A DNA stretch of 63,999 nucleotides, filler included, from Octopus bimaculoides (GCF_001194135.2; 5 parts of 5 records of this genome joined end to end with filler, not necessarily neighbours in it); one strand, 5' to 3'; counted from the whole stretch's first letter, positions 13,795-27,625 are shown. The notes: a model not told the origin generated them from the sequence alone. A program made the numbers and translations.

Positions 13795-13818
13795 TGTATT
13801 ATTATTATTATTATTATT

Positions 13819-13898
<80 letters not shown>
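13795..13898. repeat. (ATT)n(GTT)n compound microsatellite
   Basis: Direct reading. Confidence 0.95.
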
Positions 13899-14699
13899 AA
13901 TGAGGCAATAAATTGAAACAATTATTTAGGATCAGTGTCAGATACAAAATTTCTGTAAAACACCTCAAATGTGTGAAGTAAAGAATTCGTCTGTCGAACA
14001 CAGACACAATATGTTGATCTCATTACAGAGTTGAGGTTAAATGGACGAGCGAACAACGAATTGCAGGAACTGTCTTTTCTTTCTCTTTCTTTTTTGTTTT
14101 CTTCCTTTTCTTTTTTGTTTTGTTTGTTTTTCTGCAGCATGTGTTCAAATCTGTTGAAAAAGCTTTCTTGTACTTCACGGAAGGGCACGATCGTTTACAC
14201 AGCTTTTTTCCTCTTTTCCGTGAAACAAAAACATACGTATATCTCTATTGACATTTCCACAGTTTGTCATTAGAAAATGGAGCATCAAACACCAGACTTA
14301 GAAATTCTCTGAGATTCCCGAAAGGATTAAACGGGGCAGGTTGATACGGTGATCTTGGCCTGTCCTCGGACAACAAACATACATCAGGTTTCTTATCTGT
14401 ATTGATAAGATCTAACAGAAAGATTGTTCGTTCATACAATAGAGGCAGGGTACCGTTTTGATTACAAGATGTTGACTGAATAAAATGAATTGTTTCAATA
14501 AGGACAAATGCAAAAGCATTGGACGTTGTAAAGTGTTCTGGTGGATTACAAAATTTGGTGAAATGGTTGATCTACTGATTAAATATGTGGTCAGCAACTG
14601 GAAGCGTCTAGCGACACAACTGATAAAATACGGCATTCATACCGCGTTCGTTTGACGGTGTATGCATATGCGTGCGTCTATATATATATATATACATAC

Positions 14700-14740
<41 letters not shown>

Positions 14741-14971
14741 NNNNNNNNNNNNNNNNNNNNNNNNNNNNNNNNNNNNNNNNNNNNNNNNNNNNNNNNNNNN
14801 NNNNNNNNNNNNNNNNNNNNNNNNNNNNNNNNNNNNNNNNNNNNNNNNNNNNNNNNNNNNNNNNNNNNNNNNNNNNNNNNNNNNNNNNNNNNNNNNNNNN
14901 NNNNNNNNNNNNNNNNNNNNNNNNNNNNNNNNNNNNNNNNNNNNNNNNNNNNNNNNNNNNNNNNNNNNNNN

Positions 14972-15041
<70 letters not shown>

Positions 15042-15414
15042 ATTCATGTTTCTGTGATTTATATATATTTTTCTCTTAGTATTAATTCTGAACAATTATT
15101 TTGGCCATCTGAGGATGTCTTTAGATGACAACCAACACAACCGACACACCATAACAACAATGGCGACCAGTTCCTTATCTTTTCTTTAACTATTTTCTTC
15201 TATTCTCGCTTGGATACGGAAAATTAGATATGTTTGGATATATGACATACTGCACGTCGTCGTCATCATAATCATCATCATCATTGTTGTTGCTATTGTC
15301 ATTGATACTGTCGTGTTCATAACAAAAGATAAAATATCAAAGTATCTTAAAGACAACACATACGTTTTCATTTTTAATACCATAAGTTTGTGTGTGTTTT
15401 TTGTGTGTATTTTT

Positions 15415-15446
<32 letters not shown>

Positions 15447-15450
15447 TGTG

Positions 15451-15522
<72 letters not shown>

Positions 15523-15689
15523 CGTGCGTGTTTGCGTGTTTGCGTGTTTGCGTGCGATTGTGTATGGCTGAGTGATTAAGTCCGCTTCGCAACCACGGGG
15601 TTCTGTGTTCCGCAATTTCAATCCTACTCCGCCACTTCGAGCAAATGTCTTCTACCACCAATAGAAACTGTGCGGACACCCATCCTGAC

Positions 15690-15842
15690 ACGGTAGACTT
15701 AGCCAATATTGTTGAAGTAAATCCTAAATACATCCTCCCGGACATAACTTTCGCTAGAACGGATATCATGGTGGCAATTAATGAACTAAAACACAATTCG
15801 GCCGTGGGCCCTCACAGATTCCCCGCCATTATCCTAAAGGAC
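15690..15842 (+). mobile_element. CR1-type LINE ORF2 fragment (upstream of RT)
   Basis: PDITFARTDIMVAINELKHNSAVGPHRFPAIILK (LKxxxAxGPDxxP-like). Confidence 0.65.
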
Positions 15843-15974
15843 ATCAACTTGTATTTCCTCTTGCTAATTTCTGGAGGAAATTCCGCTGGACTTAGGTTTT
15901 ATTCCTAAACGTTTTCTCTCCCAGTCTTCCATATTTTAAAAAGGGGGATTTTTTTTCTTTCTCTTGTCACTGAT

Positions 15975-16845
15975 GATGTCTCACTTGCATGCAGAGTTCA
16001 CTGGGAAAACCATTTTTGAGAGAATCAATGTCTCAGTGTTCGCACGACTAATTCTCATGCTTGTCTTGTAATGCTGGAGATCGTTCTCTGACGAGCCAAG
16101 TAGCGCCATGTCGTCTGCGAATATCAACCGACCGATCTTACACCCAACGATTGTGATACCATTTCTAGAACGGCTGCACATGTCGATCCTACTCATAACA
16201 ATTATAAAAAGGAGAGGTGACAATACCCATCCTTGCTGAAGTCCAACACCTACAAGTGAAGAATTTTAAGTATCTCGAGGCCGTATCTGAGGAGGATGGA
16301 ATACAGAAGGCTGAATTCGATGCGAGAATTGCAAGTGATGATGTTGTAAAGAACCAACACTAGTATTCGATCCTCAGGAGAAGGAGGTTGATAAAAAAGC
16401 TAGACTTGTTATCTTCAATGCGGTTTTTGTGCCTTCCTTTACTTATTGTCATGAATTGTAATAACCGAAAGAGTACGATCACAAATGCAAGCGGCCGAAA
16501 TGTGATCCATCCGAAGGGTTTCAGGAGCAAACGGTGCGTGGCTCGATCAGGGTGTCTCTCCAGGTCGAGTCGCTATTTCTCTGCATTGAGAGGTGACAAA
16601 GCCGGGATCACAGACGTGATTAAAATGTGGTAGGAAAGGATCGAAAGCCGAGTCAACTTGCAAGAAACGTAGGCATGGACTAAGAACGAGGTCAGACAAC
16701 ATCCTTAGTTTCAGTTGGCCACGCTTGGGAATCCATCCGGAAAGTGTAATAAGGGTCACTTCTAACAGGACCCAATGGAGGAGGAGATGCCTGAGGACTC
16801 TACCCCTACGATCCTCACAGGAATAATAGGCAGAGGTGGATGGAT
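15975..16845. mobile_element. RTE LINE (Rex3/Expander-like) with inverted 5' segment
   Basis: 15975-16222 on minus: SPLLFIIVM..RLIFADDMALL (RT core). 16223-16845 on plus: QVKNFKYL..VFVPSFTYCHE..LSWPRLGI..NRTQWRR, ending in a GGAT-type tail. Confidence 0.8.
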
Positions 16846-17944
16846 TTTGGAAATTTTTTAAATCGCTTACAGTAAATTCGCGTCCGATCTTTCTAACTTC
16901 TCATATTATTTGAGAGGGTACTGACATCAAAAATAACTGGTACTTTATTTATTGNNNNNNNNNNNNNNNNNNNNNNNNNNNNNNNNNNNNNNNNNNNNNN
17001 NNNNNNNNNNNNNNNNNNNNNNNNNNNNNNNNNNNNNNNNNNNNNNNNNNNNNNNNNNNNNNNNNNNNNNNNNNNNNNNNNNNNNNNNNNNNNNNNNNNN
17101 NNNNNNNNNNNNNNNNNNNNNNNNNNNNNNNNNNNNNNNNNNNNNNNNNNNNNNNNNNNNNNNNNNNNNNNNNNNNNNNNNNNNNNNNNNNNNNNNNNNN
17201 NNNNNNNNNNNNNNNNNNNNNNNNNNNNNNNNNNNNNNNNNNNNNNNNNNNNNNNNNNNNNNNNNNNNNNNNNNNNNNNNNNNNNNNNNNNNNNNNNNNN
17301 NNNNNNNNNNNNNNNNNNNNNNNNNNNNNNNNNNNGGTGAGAGAGAGATAAATAGACAGAAATGGGCAACGCGAGGAAGAAAGGAAGGGAATTGAAAGGA
17401 AAAAAGAAAGGCTAGAATGAAAACGAAGGGAATAATGGCACACACACACATACATACAACTATACGGTATTTAAAACTTGAAGAAAAATGAGATATTTTT
17501 TTAATAGAAATATTCTAAAACATTTAAAAAAAACTGAAAAACATACCCCCACCATCATCACCACAAGCACCAGCAACAACAAGTACAACAACAACAACAC
17601 AAAGTATAAAACAAAAACCCTCAAACAATTTACTTAAAAGTTTCTTCCCAAGTGTCCGCCATCTTTGTGCTTTTTTTTTTGTTATTTTTCCTGGCGTTCT
17701 CTGCTTGTTCTTCGGCAACAAGGTAGGTTTATGAGTTTGACAACTGCTCACAAACGCACACGGAGCGAGCGTTTTCTTTGCTCGGTCATCCGTAAAACGT
17801 CGACATAGTTTACCCACAAACAACTTAAACAATCATTTCTCAATCTCTTGTGTCAACTGCTGGAATGAATCCACATATTTCATCTCCGGCTGAAAAGCCA
17901 CAAAGGAAAAAACGTAACACCGATTCAAATTCACCTTGATTTAT

Positions 17945-18203
17945 GACTTCTTCTTCGTCTTCTTTTATTCTTCTTCGTCTTCTTCGTTTCTTTTTTCTTC
18001 TTTTTCTTCCTCTTATTCTTTTCTTCTTCTCCCTTTTCTTATTCTTCTTCTTTTTCTTCATCTTCTTCATTTTCTTTTTCTTCTTCCTCCACTTCTTTTT
18101 CTTCTTTTTTCCTCTTCTTTTTCATTTTCTATTTCTTCTCTTTTCTTCTTTTCCTTCTTCTTTTTCTTCTTCTTCTTCTTCCTCTTTTTCTTTTTCTTCT
18201 CCT

Positions 18204-18238
<35 letters not shown>

Positions 18239-18300
18239 CAATTTTTCCCTTTTCTTCTAATTGTTTGATTCTTTTTAGTTTCATTTCTTTTTTATCTTTA
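17945..18300. repeat. Long C/T-rich low-complexity tract, (CTT)n/(CT)n
   Basis: Direct reading. Confidence 0.9.
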
Positions 18301-18505
18301 TGTTTTGCCTTTTTCCTTCTTTTATTTCTTTCAATCATTTGACTGTGATCATGCTGGAGCACCCACCGTGAAGAATTTTTAGTCAAATGAATAGACATCG
18401 CCCCCAGCATTTGTTTTTCTTCTTTTTTTAAGCCTGGTACTTATTCTATCGGTCTCTTTTGCAGAGCTGCAAAGTTATAGGGACATAAACACACCATCAC
18501 TGGTT
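18300..18505 (-). mobile_element. SINE family B, 3' half
   Basis: Reverse complement of the family B tail; runs into a gap. Confidence 0.75.
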
Positions 18506-20643
18506 ANNNNNNNNNNNNNNNNNNNNNNNNNNNNNNNNNNNNNNNNNNNNNNNNNNNNNNNNNNNNNNNNNNNNNNNNNNNNNNNNNNNNNNNNNNNNNN
18601 NNNNNNNNNNNNNNNNNNNNNNNNNNNNNNNNNNNNNNNNNNNNNNNNNNNNNNNNNNNNNNNNNNNNNNNNNNNNNNNNNNNNNNNNNNNNNNNNNNNN
18701 NNNNNNNNNNNNNNNNNNNNNNNNNNNNNNNNNNNNNNNNNNNNNNNNNNTATATATATATATACACCTTGAAAATAATCGAAGCCCTTTTGGTACGCAG
18801 TTTTAATTATTATTATTATTATTATTATTATTTGCTGCCGAATGTAACTGCGCCTGCGACCTTGCTGGGACCCGAACTCTATCGCTACCTACTTTTCTCT
18901 TGGAGAAGGGATACTTACGGGTATGGGTAATTGCTAGTCTTCTAGAAACCCTTATCTGGGCCAGGAGAAGCACCTGGAACTTTCTAATGCAGATCTTTGG
19001 TCCTAAGAAACGTAAAGAAAACCCTTGGTTACCAATGCAGAGAATGGCAGAAACATCGGAACGTTGAGCAAAATGCTTTTATAAGATTTTGGTTATGACT
19101 CTTTACGGTCTGAGTTCAAATTTCGACGGGATCAACTTTTTTTAACCATCCCGATGACGATTAAATAAGTCTTAGTTAAGTATTCCAGCCAAATTAATTG
19201 GTTAAACTCCACCCGTTGATCCATTTATGACGTCGTAACAATGTCATGAATCGCTATTACTGATGTCAGCGGAGTGTATTAAATATCTAGTTATGTCCCT
19301 TTACGTTTCGAGCTCGGATCGTCAGAATTAGCGTCGCAACTTTGTCTTTTAATCTCTTTAAAGAGTCTGGATTAGAAATCAATATCCTACAGCCCACCGA
19401 TTGAATGTGAGCGCTTATTGCAATGGCTGAAATCACTCGTAGTAGTAGTAGCAGCAGCAGCAGTTCTAAAGATAAGAATCATTCGACACACTTTAAAGAG
19501 TCCTGTTTTCCGTTCCCTTAACAAAACACAAAGACACTAGCAAACTCAGGAGTCTCTACATGGTTCTCGACCTGCTAGAAACAGCAGCCAAATCTCCTTC
19601 CAATCAGATCCTACTGTTTTAAGCAGAGAAGAATACATTGGATAATTCATTCCTTGTTAACAAACAAAAGATGGATGGTCACGAATGGAACGCATTTAAA
19701 CATACACTTGTTTAATGAAGACAGTGGGAACTAAACAACAATGACAGGTCTTCAACAAAACTATTGACAAAATCTATATATTCGCTCAGCCCCTAATGTT
19801 TGACTGCAAATACCTCTGATGTCCCCTAGTGGGTGTTTATAAAGCTCGTACTTAGATAAATTTCGCAGGGTTTAAGCGGATGAGTAATATGCGCATGCGC
19901 TTAACATACGAATTTATTTCTGTTCCTCGTAAAAAGAAAAAAATAAATATTTCTCTACTTGCAACAGATTGAACACACGAGAGTCATATTTACAAGGAGA
20001 AAGTCCAGTGATTTAACCCCTCGACTACCCAGCTTCTGCTAGTAATTCACTGTAGACACTGATGTTTCGGTACACTAATGTTTCTACTCCAGGACAATGT
20101 AACAGTTGTAGAAATAAATCACGGAGTCGTTGTCAAAATGTTCAACAACAACGACGACAACGATGATGATGATGATGACGATGATGACGATGATGATGGT
20201 GGTGGTGGTGGTGGTGGTGGTGATCCTTTATTAGTGTACACGGGCTACGGTTGAGAGAATGTTGCTGGGACAAATGAGGAAAAACAGTGGGGAGTTTTCA
20301 CAGAAGCCATTATAGAAAAGAACAAGCATGGCCAATAAACAACATTGCAAGCTTTCCATGTCCACCAAAATAAAATGTGTGTCTATCGTTAGAGTAATTA
20401 ATGACATCAGTGTGGCGAGTATATTAATAGGGGTACATGCATGTATAGACATGCACGCGCATGGATAAGCACACAAACACACTCAGATTTAAACACACAC
20501 ACTCACACACACACACACACACACAGACACACACACACACACACACACACANNNNNNNNNNNNNNNNNNNNNNNNNNNNNNNNNNNNNNNNNNNNNNNNN
20601 NNNNNNNNNNNNNNNNNNNNNNNNNNNNNNNNNNNNNNNNNNN

Positions 20644-20678
<35 letters not shown>

Positions 20679-20810
20679 TGCTATCTATCTTTTGTCGTTT
20701 ACTTGTTTCAGTCATTAGACTGCGGCCATGCTGGGGCAGCGCCTTGAAGAATTTTTAGTCGAATGAATCAACCCCAGTACTTGTTATTTATAAAATAATG
20801 ATCCCAAGAA

Positions 20811-20853
20811 ACATCACTGATGAGGTGCGTCCGGGAGCATCACAGGATGATGT
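20811..20853 (+). ncRNA. Degenerate hammerhead-like motif (GAAA lost)
   Basis: acatca-CTGATGA-ggtgc..gcatc-acagga-tgatgt: stem I (6 bp) and stem II pair, but the GAAA/stem III part is deleted. Confidence 0.4.
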
Positions 20854-20899
20854 CTGGAAAAATATATCTTATTATATTATATTGATTTCGAAATTTGGC

Positions 20900-21085
20900 A
20901 TAAGGCCAACAATTTCGGGGTAGGGTGTAGGGCGATGTCATAGACCCCAGAGTTCAACTGGTACTTATACTATCAACCCCGAAGGGATGAGAAGCAATGT
21001 CAGTCCCGGTGGTATTTGAACTCAGAACCTCAAGCCAGAAGAAATGTTGCTAAGCAATTTCTCCGGTGCCGTAACGATTCTAACC
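20900..21085 (-). mobile_element. SINE family A
   Basis: Reverse complement of the family A body. Confidence 0.7.
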
Positions 21086-21624
21086 ACTTACCCTTTATAT
21101 ATCGTATTATGTTACCATAGAGAAAATGGTGACGAAATTACATGGGCAATTAAGAGCTCAATTAATAACAAATCATTAAGTTCCAACATGTTATTAGATT
21201 GCAGTAAACCCAAGAGGAAGAGGTTTGAATGTATTTACATAATCAGTTAAGATTATCTCACAAAGACCGACGATATTAAGAAGATTAAGCAGAACAAGTA
21301 TGAACTATATGTGAATTTTAGGCTTTTCTGCTTCTATTCTAAATATATTATAAACATACTGACAACCATACAGACAGACAGATAGAGAGAATAAAATCTC
21401 CTCCAGGGAAGCTTCGGAGTTTCTTATTCTGTCGTTTTTAAATGTTGCCATGTTAGTAACATATCCATGAACCATTATCATCACTCGTTAAGATTTACAG
21501 ATAAAAGACTGATTTTGACTCAGATTGCTGTCTATCATAGTTCTGTGCGATTTCAATGTTACAGGACTGATAGAAAAGTGCTTGATGCTTTAAAGACCTG
21601 AGTTTCAGGCTTTCATAATAAGCC

Positions 21625-22110
21625 CGGAGCGTTTTTGATGTCTTCGTTGCTTTCGATATTTTTGTATGTCAGAAAAGTTATTAAGAGAGGTTATTCGTTT
21701 AACTGAGAGCAGGTTTTTAATAGCCACCACAAACCGTAATGTCCCCAAAACAGTCCCTTGTGTGACTCCATTCATAATTATTGTATTCTTTGAAAAGACA
21801 GACTGCAACAGCTTGCCCCCCCCTCTCTCTCTCAAAATGTCATGCAGCCACTCTGCTAGTTTGCAATTGCACCGGGGGTCACAAGAGTCCACGACATCAT
21901 TCCCTGCTCAACATTGTTTAATGCCTTCGCAATGTCGAGATTTGAATAGACGAACAGCTGTAGCAATACCCAATTGTAATGTCGTAGAAGATTTATGCAA
22001 CAGCTTGACCGTGGCCAGAAACCGTACGGAGTGTCACTGTGGATATCATTTTACTCCAAAGAATGTTATCACTCCCACCTACCCCTTCCTTAACCCCAGA
22101 GAAATAAGTC
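21625..22110 (-). mobile_element. CR1-type LINE RT fragment, degenerate
   Basis: With frameshifts: YGFWPRSSCCINLLRHYNW, LDIAKALNNVEQG, KLAEWLHDIL, GVTQGTVLG. Confidence 0.75.
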
Positions 22111-22266
22111 TGTGACTCGTGGCATTGCATCCAGTTCTTTCTTTCTGGACATTGTTTCAACTTAAAACGAAGATTTTGAAAAGTATCTGAAGCGATTTTG
22201 TGAGAACCATTTTACACCGTTTTAAAAGAATAGAGTATGTTTGCCAATATATCTATGCATGCGTGC

Positions 22267-22356
<90 letters not shown>

Positions 22357-22575
22357 GGGCACTTATTGATCAGACCACGTATACAGCAACAATTTTGAAC
22401 GTCCTTCAACTGATCTTTTATTAACTTTTTTGTCGTCGAAACTCCTCTAACCTTCAATTCTACCCTCACGTTGTGTCAGTGATTAAATGCATAAATGTCG
22501 ATGAAATGACCTGATACTACTTGTGTCTACATATTTATACTTTTATTCTATCAACTACATATATGTGTGCGTGTG

Positions 22576-22623
<48 letters not shown>

Positions 22624-23251
22624 GTATGCCTGTGTATGTATGTGTATGAACACACAGACACACACAAACGAGCAATGAACAAACACACGCGCCAACCAAA
22701 ATGACACCCACTGCAGTCATTTGTCCAGCTAGAAACACCAGTCAAATTTTCCTGTAAATTTTAATAAAAATGGAAACAAACTGGAGTTCTACTCTGAAAA
22801 ATATTAGAAAAAACGTCACGAATCATAGATTTTCCTGTATTAAACCATACTTGAGATTAAAGAACAAATGTAACATAATATAATATCAAAAATATATTAT
22901 AGTTTTGTATATTATATGTATATATGTCATTTACACATGAATGCATTCAGAAATACATAGATGTTATGGTGTGGGGGGTTTGTGTCTGTGTTTATCACTG
23001 ACAGATGCTGAGGCGTATGATTCAACCGGTTGACCAAGCAGGATAATATTTCAACTGAAACCAATGATGAACATTAAAGAACTACATCACAACGAAGTGA
23101 CCAATTAGCCACGGCCATAAACCAAAACCGTGCTCTATTATTGATAGACTTGTGGTCCAGCTTGTTTTGCTGGTTCACCTCTGACCTTTTGAATACTGAA
23201 CTTGATAATGTATGGTCACTATTTGCTCCAGTTCCACATGTAAAAGGAGAG

Positions 23252-23314
<63 letters not shown>

Positions 23315-23583
23315 AGAAAAGAAAAAGAGAAAAAGAAAAGGAGAGAAAAAAGGAAAGGAAAGAAACTATTAATCATAGCAATGTTTAACATTAATTAATA
23401 GCAGATCGATATCATTAGCAAACAGGAGATTAATTAACTTGTTGTTGGTTTGTTGTTCCTTAACCCTGGGTTGGATTTGATCCTATCTGATCCAGTCGTG
23501 ACCATCCCCAAGCAAGGCTAATGTAATCCTTTGTCTAATGTAACCTTTGATGATTCCATTCCTATCTATCTGAGCGTCACAGA

Positions 23584-23765
23584 CATCCATCCATCTTCTC
23601 CGCCCGTTATTCCTGGGTGGTTCGCGGAGGTAGAGTCCTCACATCTCCTTCTCCATAGGGTCCTGTCAGAAGCATCCACCATTACACTTTCCTGCTGGAT
23701 TTTCAAGCCTGACCAACCGTGACCATGCATATTACCCATCCAGCTTGTTCTTAGCCTTCGGCTTC
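23584..23765 (-). mobile_element. RTE (Rex3-like) 3' end
   Basis: Homologous to 16720-16845 (DRTLWRR, gaggactctacc, GATG tail). Confidence 0.65.
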
Positions 23766-24424
23766 ACTTGAAGCATCTCGCTTGTGATTCTTTCCTGTGA
23801 CATCTCAGTCACATGTAATCTAAGGGATCATACATATTAATGTAGCAACATCTTGGAAATTGTGTTATTATTATTTGGTAAGGCATAAATGTGACTAACA
23901 CATCAATATAACTAATAGTTTTCTATATATTTTTTAAGCCTTTAATTCGAGAAATGTAACGATGGGTTACGATGACAGAAAAAGATACGTTGTGTGGATC
24001 AGTTCGTGTTTATTCATGAGAGAACTGTTTGTCAATAATAAAAGCGGATCGTAGAAGTCTTTGAATCCTGTAACCGAAGTTAAATCGTGTAAAATATTGC
24101 AAAAAGTTAAATTTAGCTGTCGCACGACCACCAGTTAGTTACCAGGCAAGTTATTTCTATATACTTAATGGTCTGTCGAAGAAAAGGCGCCAAAGACAAA
24201 ATCGTTAATAAAGTTCCTATACGTTGCTTATTCAAAATGATTACAACTTATACAAAAAGAGGAGAATACATTTATGACCTAGATAATTTGCATATTAATT
24301 ATGATACATCCTCTAGAGGGATGAGATAATTTTAATACATCAGCAATTCATATTGTATGATGCTTCATATACCTGTATTTATCTACGCTGTTCAAACACA
24401 CGACATCGGCCACTCTGAGATACG

Positions 24425-24945
24425 GAGGAGGGGAACTAGTCAATCATATCGACCTCAGTACTCAACTGGTACTTAATTTATCGACCCCGAAAATATGAAA
24501 AGCAAACTTGACCACGATGGAATTTGAACTCAGAGCGTGAAGACGAACGAAATGCCGCTAAGCATTTTCTCCGGCATGCTAACGTTTCTGCCATCGCGCT
24601 GCCTCAATAATGATGATGATGATGATGATGATAATCCTTTCTACAAAAGACGCAAGCCCTGAAATTTTGTGGGAGGGGACTAGTCGATTACATCGACCCC
24701 GGTGTTTCACTGGTATTTACTTTATCAACCCCGAAAGGATGAATAGCAAATTGGACCTCGGCGGAATTTGAACTCAGAACTGGTCAAGGCGGACGAAATG
24801 CCGCTCAGCATTTTGACCGACGTGCTTAATAATAATAATAATAATCTTTTCTACTCTAGGCACAAGGCCCGAAATTTGGGGGGGAGCGGGCCAGTCGATT
24901 TAGATCGACCCCAGTATGCAACTGGTACTTAATTTTACCCGGCGT
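24425..24945 (-). mobile_element. Three head-to-tail family A SINE copies
   Basis: Copies at about 24425-24605, 24606-24826 and 24827-24945, separated by GAT/AAT tail tracts. Confidence 0.8.
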
Positions 24946-24946
24946 G

Positions 24947-25150
24947 CTTAATAATAATGATAATAATAATAATAATGATAATGATAATAATAATGATGAT
25001 GATAATAATAATAATGAGCGCTCTTCTTTTAATTTTGACTCTATATCTTCAGGAGGAGTTACCTCAATCCTTTCTATAATAATAATGATAAAAATAATAA
25101 TAATGATAATGATAATAATAATAATAACAATAATAATAATAATAATAATA

Positions 25151-25205
<55 letters not shown>

Positions 25206-25240
25206 TAATAATAGTAATAATAACAACAAAAACGATGATG
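24947..25240. repeat. (AAT)n/(GAT)n compound microsatellite
   Basis: Direct reading. Confidence 0.9.
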
Positions 25241-25367
25241 ATGGTGATGACGGTAATTACCCAGTTCTATGTCACACCTTTGTTCTGTTGATTTCTGTTC
25301 TACGACGCTCTTGTTTGACTGGGTGTACATGTGTGTGTGTGTGTGTGCGTGTGCGTATGTTGTGTAT

Positions 25368-25407
<40 letters not shown>

Positions 25408-25759
25408 TTTGTATTGGAATTTTACAAGAATTAAGACATACGTCACTCACGTGCCATGTGTCAGCACCGTCATCTCCGACCATCATATCATCATCATCAT
25501 CATTCACACATCACTGTCACCACAAGAATCACCACCACCACCATCATCATCAACACCAACATCACTATCAACACCACCTCCACCACCATCACCTCCATTG
25601 CTACGACCATTGCCCCTCCCTCCCCTATTCTCCGCTAACATTCACCGATGTTGACTGTCACGTGTCACAATGTTGCCGTTTACTATTATCGGAATTCACG
25701 AGTTTACGCTCGTTTACACTTCGCCACGCCTTCGCTCTTTCACCACGCACATACACACG

Positions 25760-25806
<47 letters not shown>

Positions 25807-26152
25807 ACACACGTAAACACGCATACACCCACACAGACAAGCTTTCAGCCACATTCTCAGGCTTCAATATCAACTAAAATCCATATACACACAGAAAGAA
25901 TCGTTTACACACACACACACACACACGCACACATACACACACAAATATGTCTATCAGTGTGCGCATGCGTCAGTTCTTATGTACAGATATCCGTGTGTGT
26001 GTGTATGTTTGTGTGTATGAATGTGTGTTTGTGTTTGTGTGTGAGTGTATGTGTATGTGTGTTTGTGTATGCGTTTGTGTGTGTGTGTTTGTGTGTGAGT
26101 GTATATGTGTATATGTGTTTGTGTGTGTGTGTATGTGTTTGTGTATGTGTGT

Positions 26153-26189
<37 letters not shown>

Positions 26190-26216
26190 TGTGTGTGTCT
26201 GTGTGTGTCTGTGTGA

Positions 26217-26316
26217 NNNNNNNNNNNNNNNNNNNNNNNNNNNNNNNNNNNNNNNNNNNNTTAATTAATTAANNNNNNNNNNNNNNNNNNNNNNNNNNNN
26301 NNNNNNNNNNNNNNNN
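26217..26316. other. Artificial 100-bp scaffolding spacer (44 N + TTAATTAATTAA + 44 N); the same 12-mer sits in gaps at 54378-54389, 56629-56640 and 62908-62919
   Basis: An identical palindromic 12-mer with stops in all six frames is centred in four N-runs. Confidence 0.92.
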
Positions 26317-26561
26317 GTCCATAGCTTACACTGGGTACATCTTATAGAGTTTCTACCTATGCCTTTTCTACAGATCAAGCAGGGCCATCTACCTGAAGGA
26401 GTTTGTGGTTTGTCTACCTTTCTACTTATTAGGACTTTGGTTTTAGCTAGGTTGATTCTAAGGCCCTTCGATTCTAATCCTTGCTTCCACACCTGAAACT
26501 TCTCCTCTACTTCTGGTAGTGACTCAGCAATTAGAGCAAGGTCATCAGCATAGAGGAGCTC

Positions 26562-26562
<1 letters not shown>
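26317..26562 (-). mobile_element. RTE LINE RT fragment
   Basis: ELLYADDLALIAESLPEVEEKFQVWKQGLESKGLRINLAKTKVL..WPCLICRKG..CTQCKLW; cut by a gap. Confidence 0.9.
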
Positions 26563-26604
<42 letters not shown>

Positions 26605-26989
26605 GTGTGTGTATACTATATCATCGTTTTAAAGTCTGCTTTCCAAAGCTTGCATGGGTTGGACAGAGTTTATTGAGACAGATTTTCCACAGCTGGATGC
26701 CCTTCCCATCAACAACCTTTACCACTTTCCCCATGGACAGAGATGTTTTTGCAGAATATTGGAAGTTAATGACATTTATTTACAACAGTCACGCAATGTC
26801 AGAACAAGGACACACACATATACACATTAGGATTCTTACAGTTTCCATATAGCAAATTCATTCACAAGAGCATTGGACAGCCCATGCTATAGGAGAAGAC
26901 ATTTGCTCAAGGTGCCACTTGGTGGAACAGAACCTAAAACATGGTTGGGAAGTAAATTTCTTAACCACATAGGCACTCTAGCACTCAAT

Positions 26990-27625
26990 ACATATAAGTC
27001 AAGGAAGTCACACACTTCAGGACTATCAGTGCTCGATTAAGGATTACAAACCAAACTTTACTTCTAACCTCAAGTGTTGTCTGATAAATCCTGTAAAGTT
27101 GGAGATCAACCTGGTGAGCAAGCGTCTGTTTATGAAGCTCAGTGACATTAGGAGAACCTCTGACCTTGCATTTCAGTGAAGTGTCAATAAGGTCATTACA
27201 TAGTTTCAAAACCAATAATGGTAGTTGTAGAGCAAGGTTTACTTAATCTGATATAGTGGGCTTTAACCCTCCAATATTGAGGATTTTGTTATATTGGTGC
27301 TGAACTTAGCTCAGGCCTATACAGAAATGGGCAATCAAGCATCATCATGCATTCCAGAAAAATTCTGCTCTTCAACAAGAGAAAGCTCCAAGTCATACAA
27401 ATTGACAGGGAAGGCTCCTCCAATGCATTGATGGGGGAATTTAACAGTGCTGATGTGTGCAACCTCATTTGCTTTTTTATCAACTAACTTTGCTCTTATA
27501 ATGCTTTGGCAATATCAACAGGGGCGAACAACCACACATTCGATAGGTTTAGGAAAAGCTTGACTCATACTCTGAATTCTCTTTGACTCAAGGTCACCAT
27601 AGAAACCAACCTGAGATGGATGATT
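26990..27625 (+). mobile_element. Penelope-like RT fragment, degenerate
   Basis: SIKDYKPNF..CLINPVKLEI, DIVGFNPPI, IIMHSRKILLF, MGEFNSADVCNLI, LKVTIETNL appear in the order of the PLE RT motifs TLKDHK, RLINP, FDIVxFYP, MGSxDGAEVC. Contains stops and frameshifts. Confidence 0.8.

Noticed and set aside
17936-18410. Poly-F/L/S and poly-K/R ORFs
   Set aside because: Translations of a (CTT)n/(CT)n low-complexity tract.
19891-19900. NRF1-like palindrome GCGCATGCGC
   Set aside because: An isolated 10-mer with no nearby exon or other promoter evidence.
25269-26268. His-rich ~200-aa ORFs
   Set aside because: (CAT)n/(CAC)n/(CA)n repeats, with no splice or homology support.
26985-27215. Ig-like peptide SLKCKVRGSP on the minus strand
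   Set aside because: Antisense to a clear Penelope RT fragment and lacks the conserved Ig Trp.
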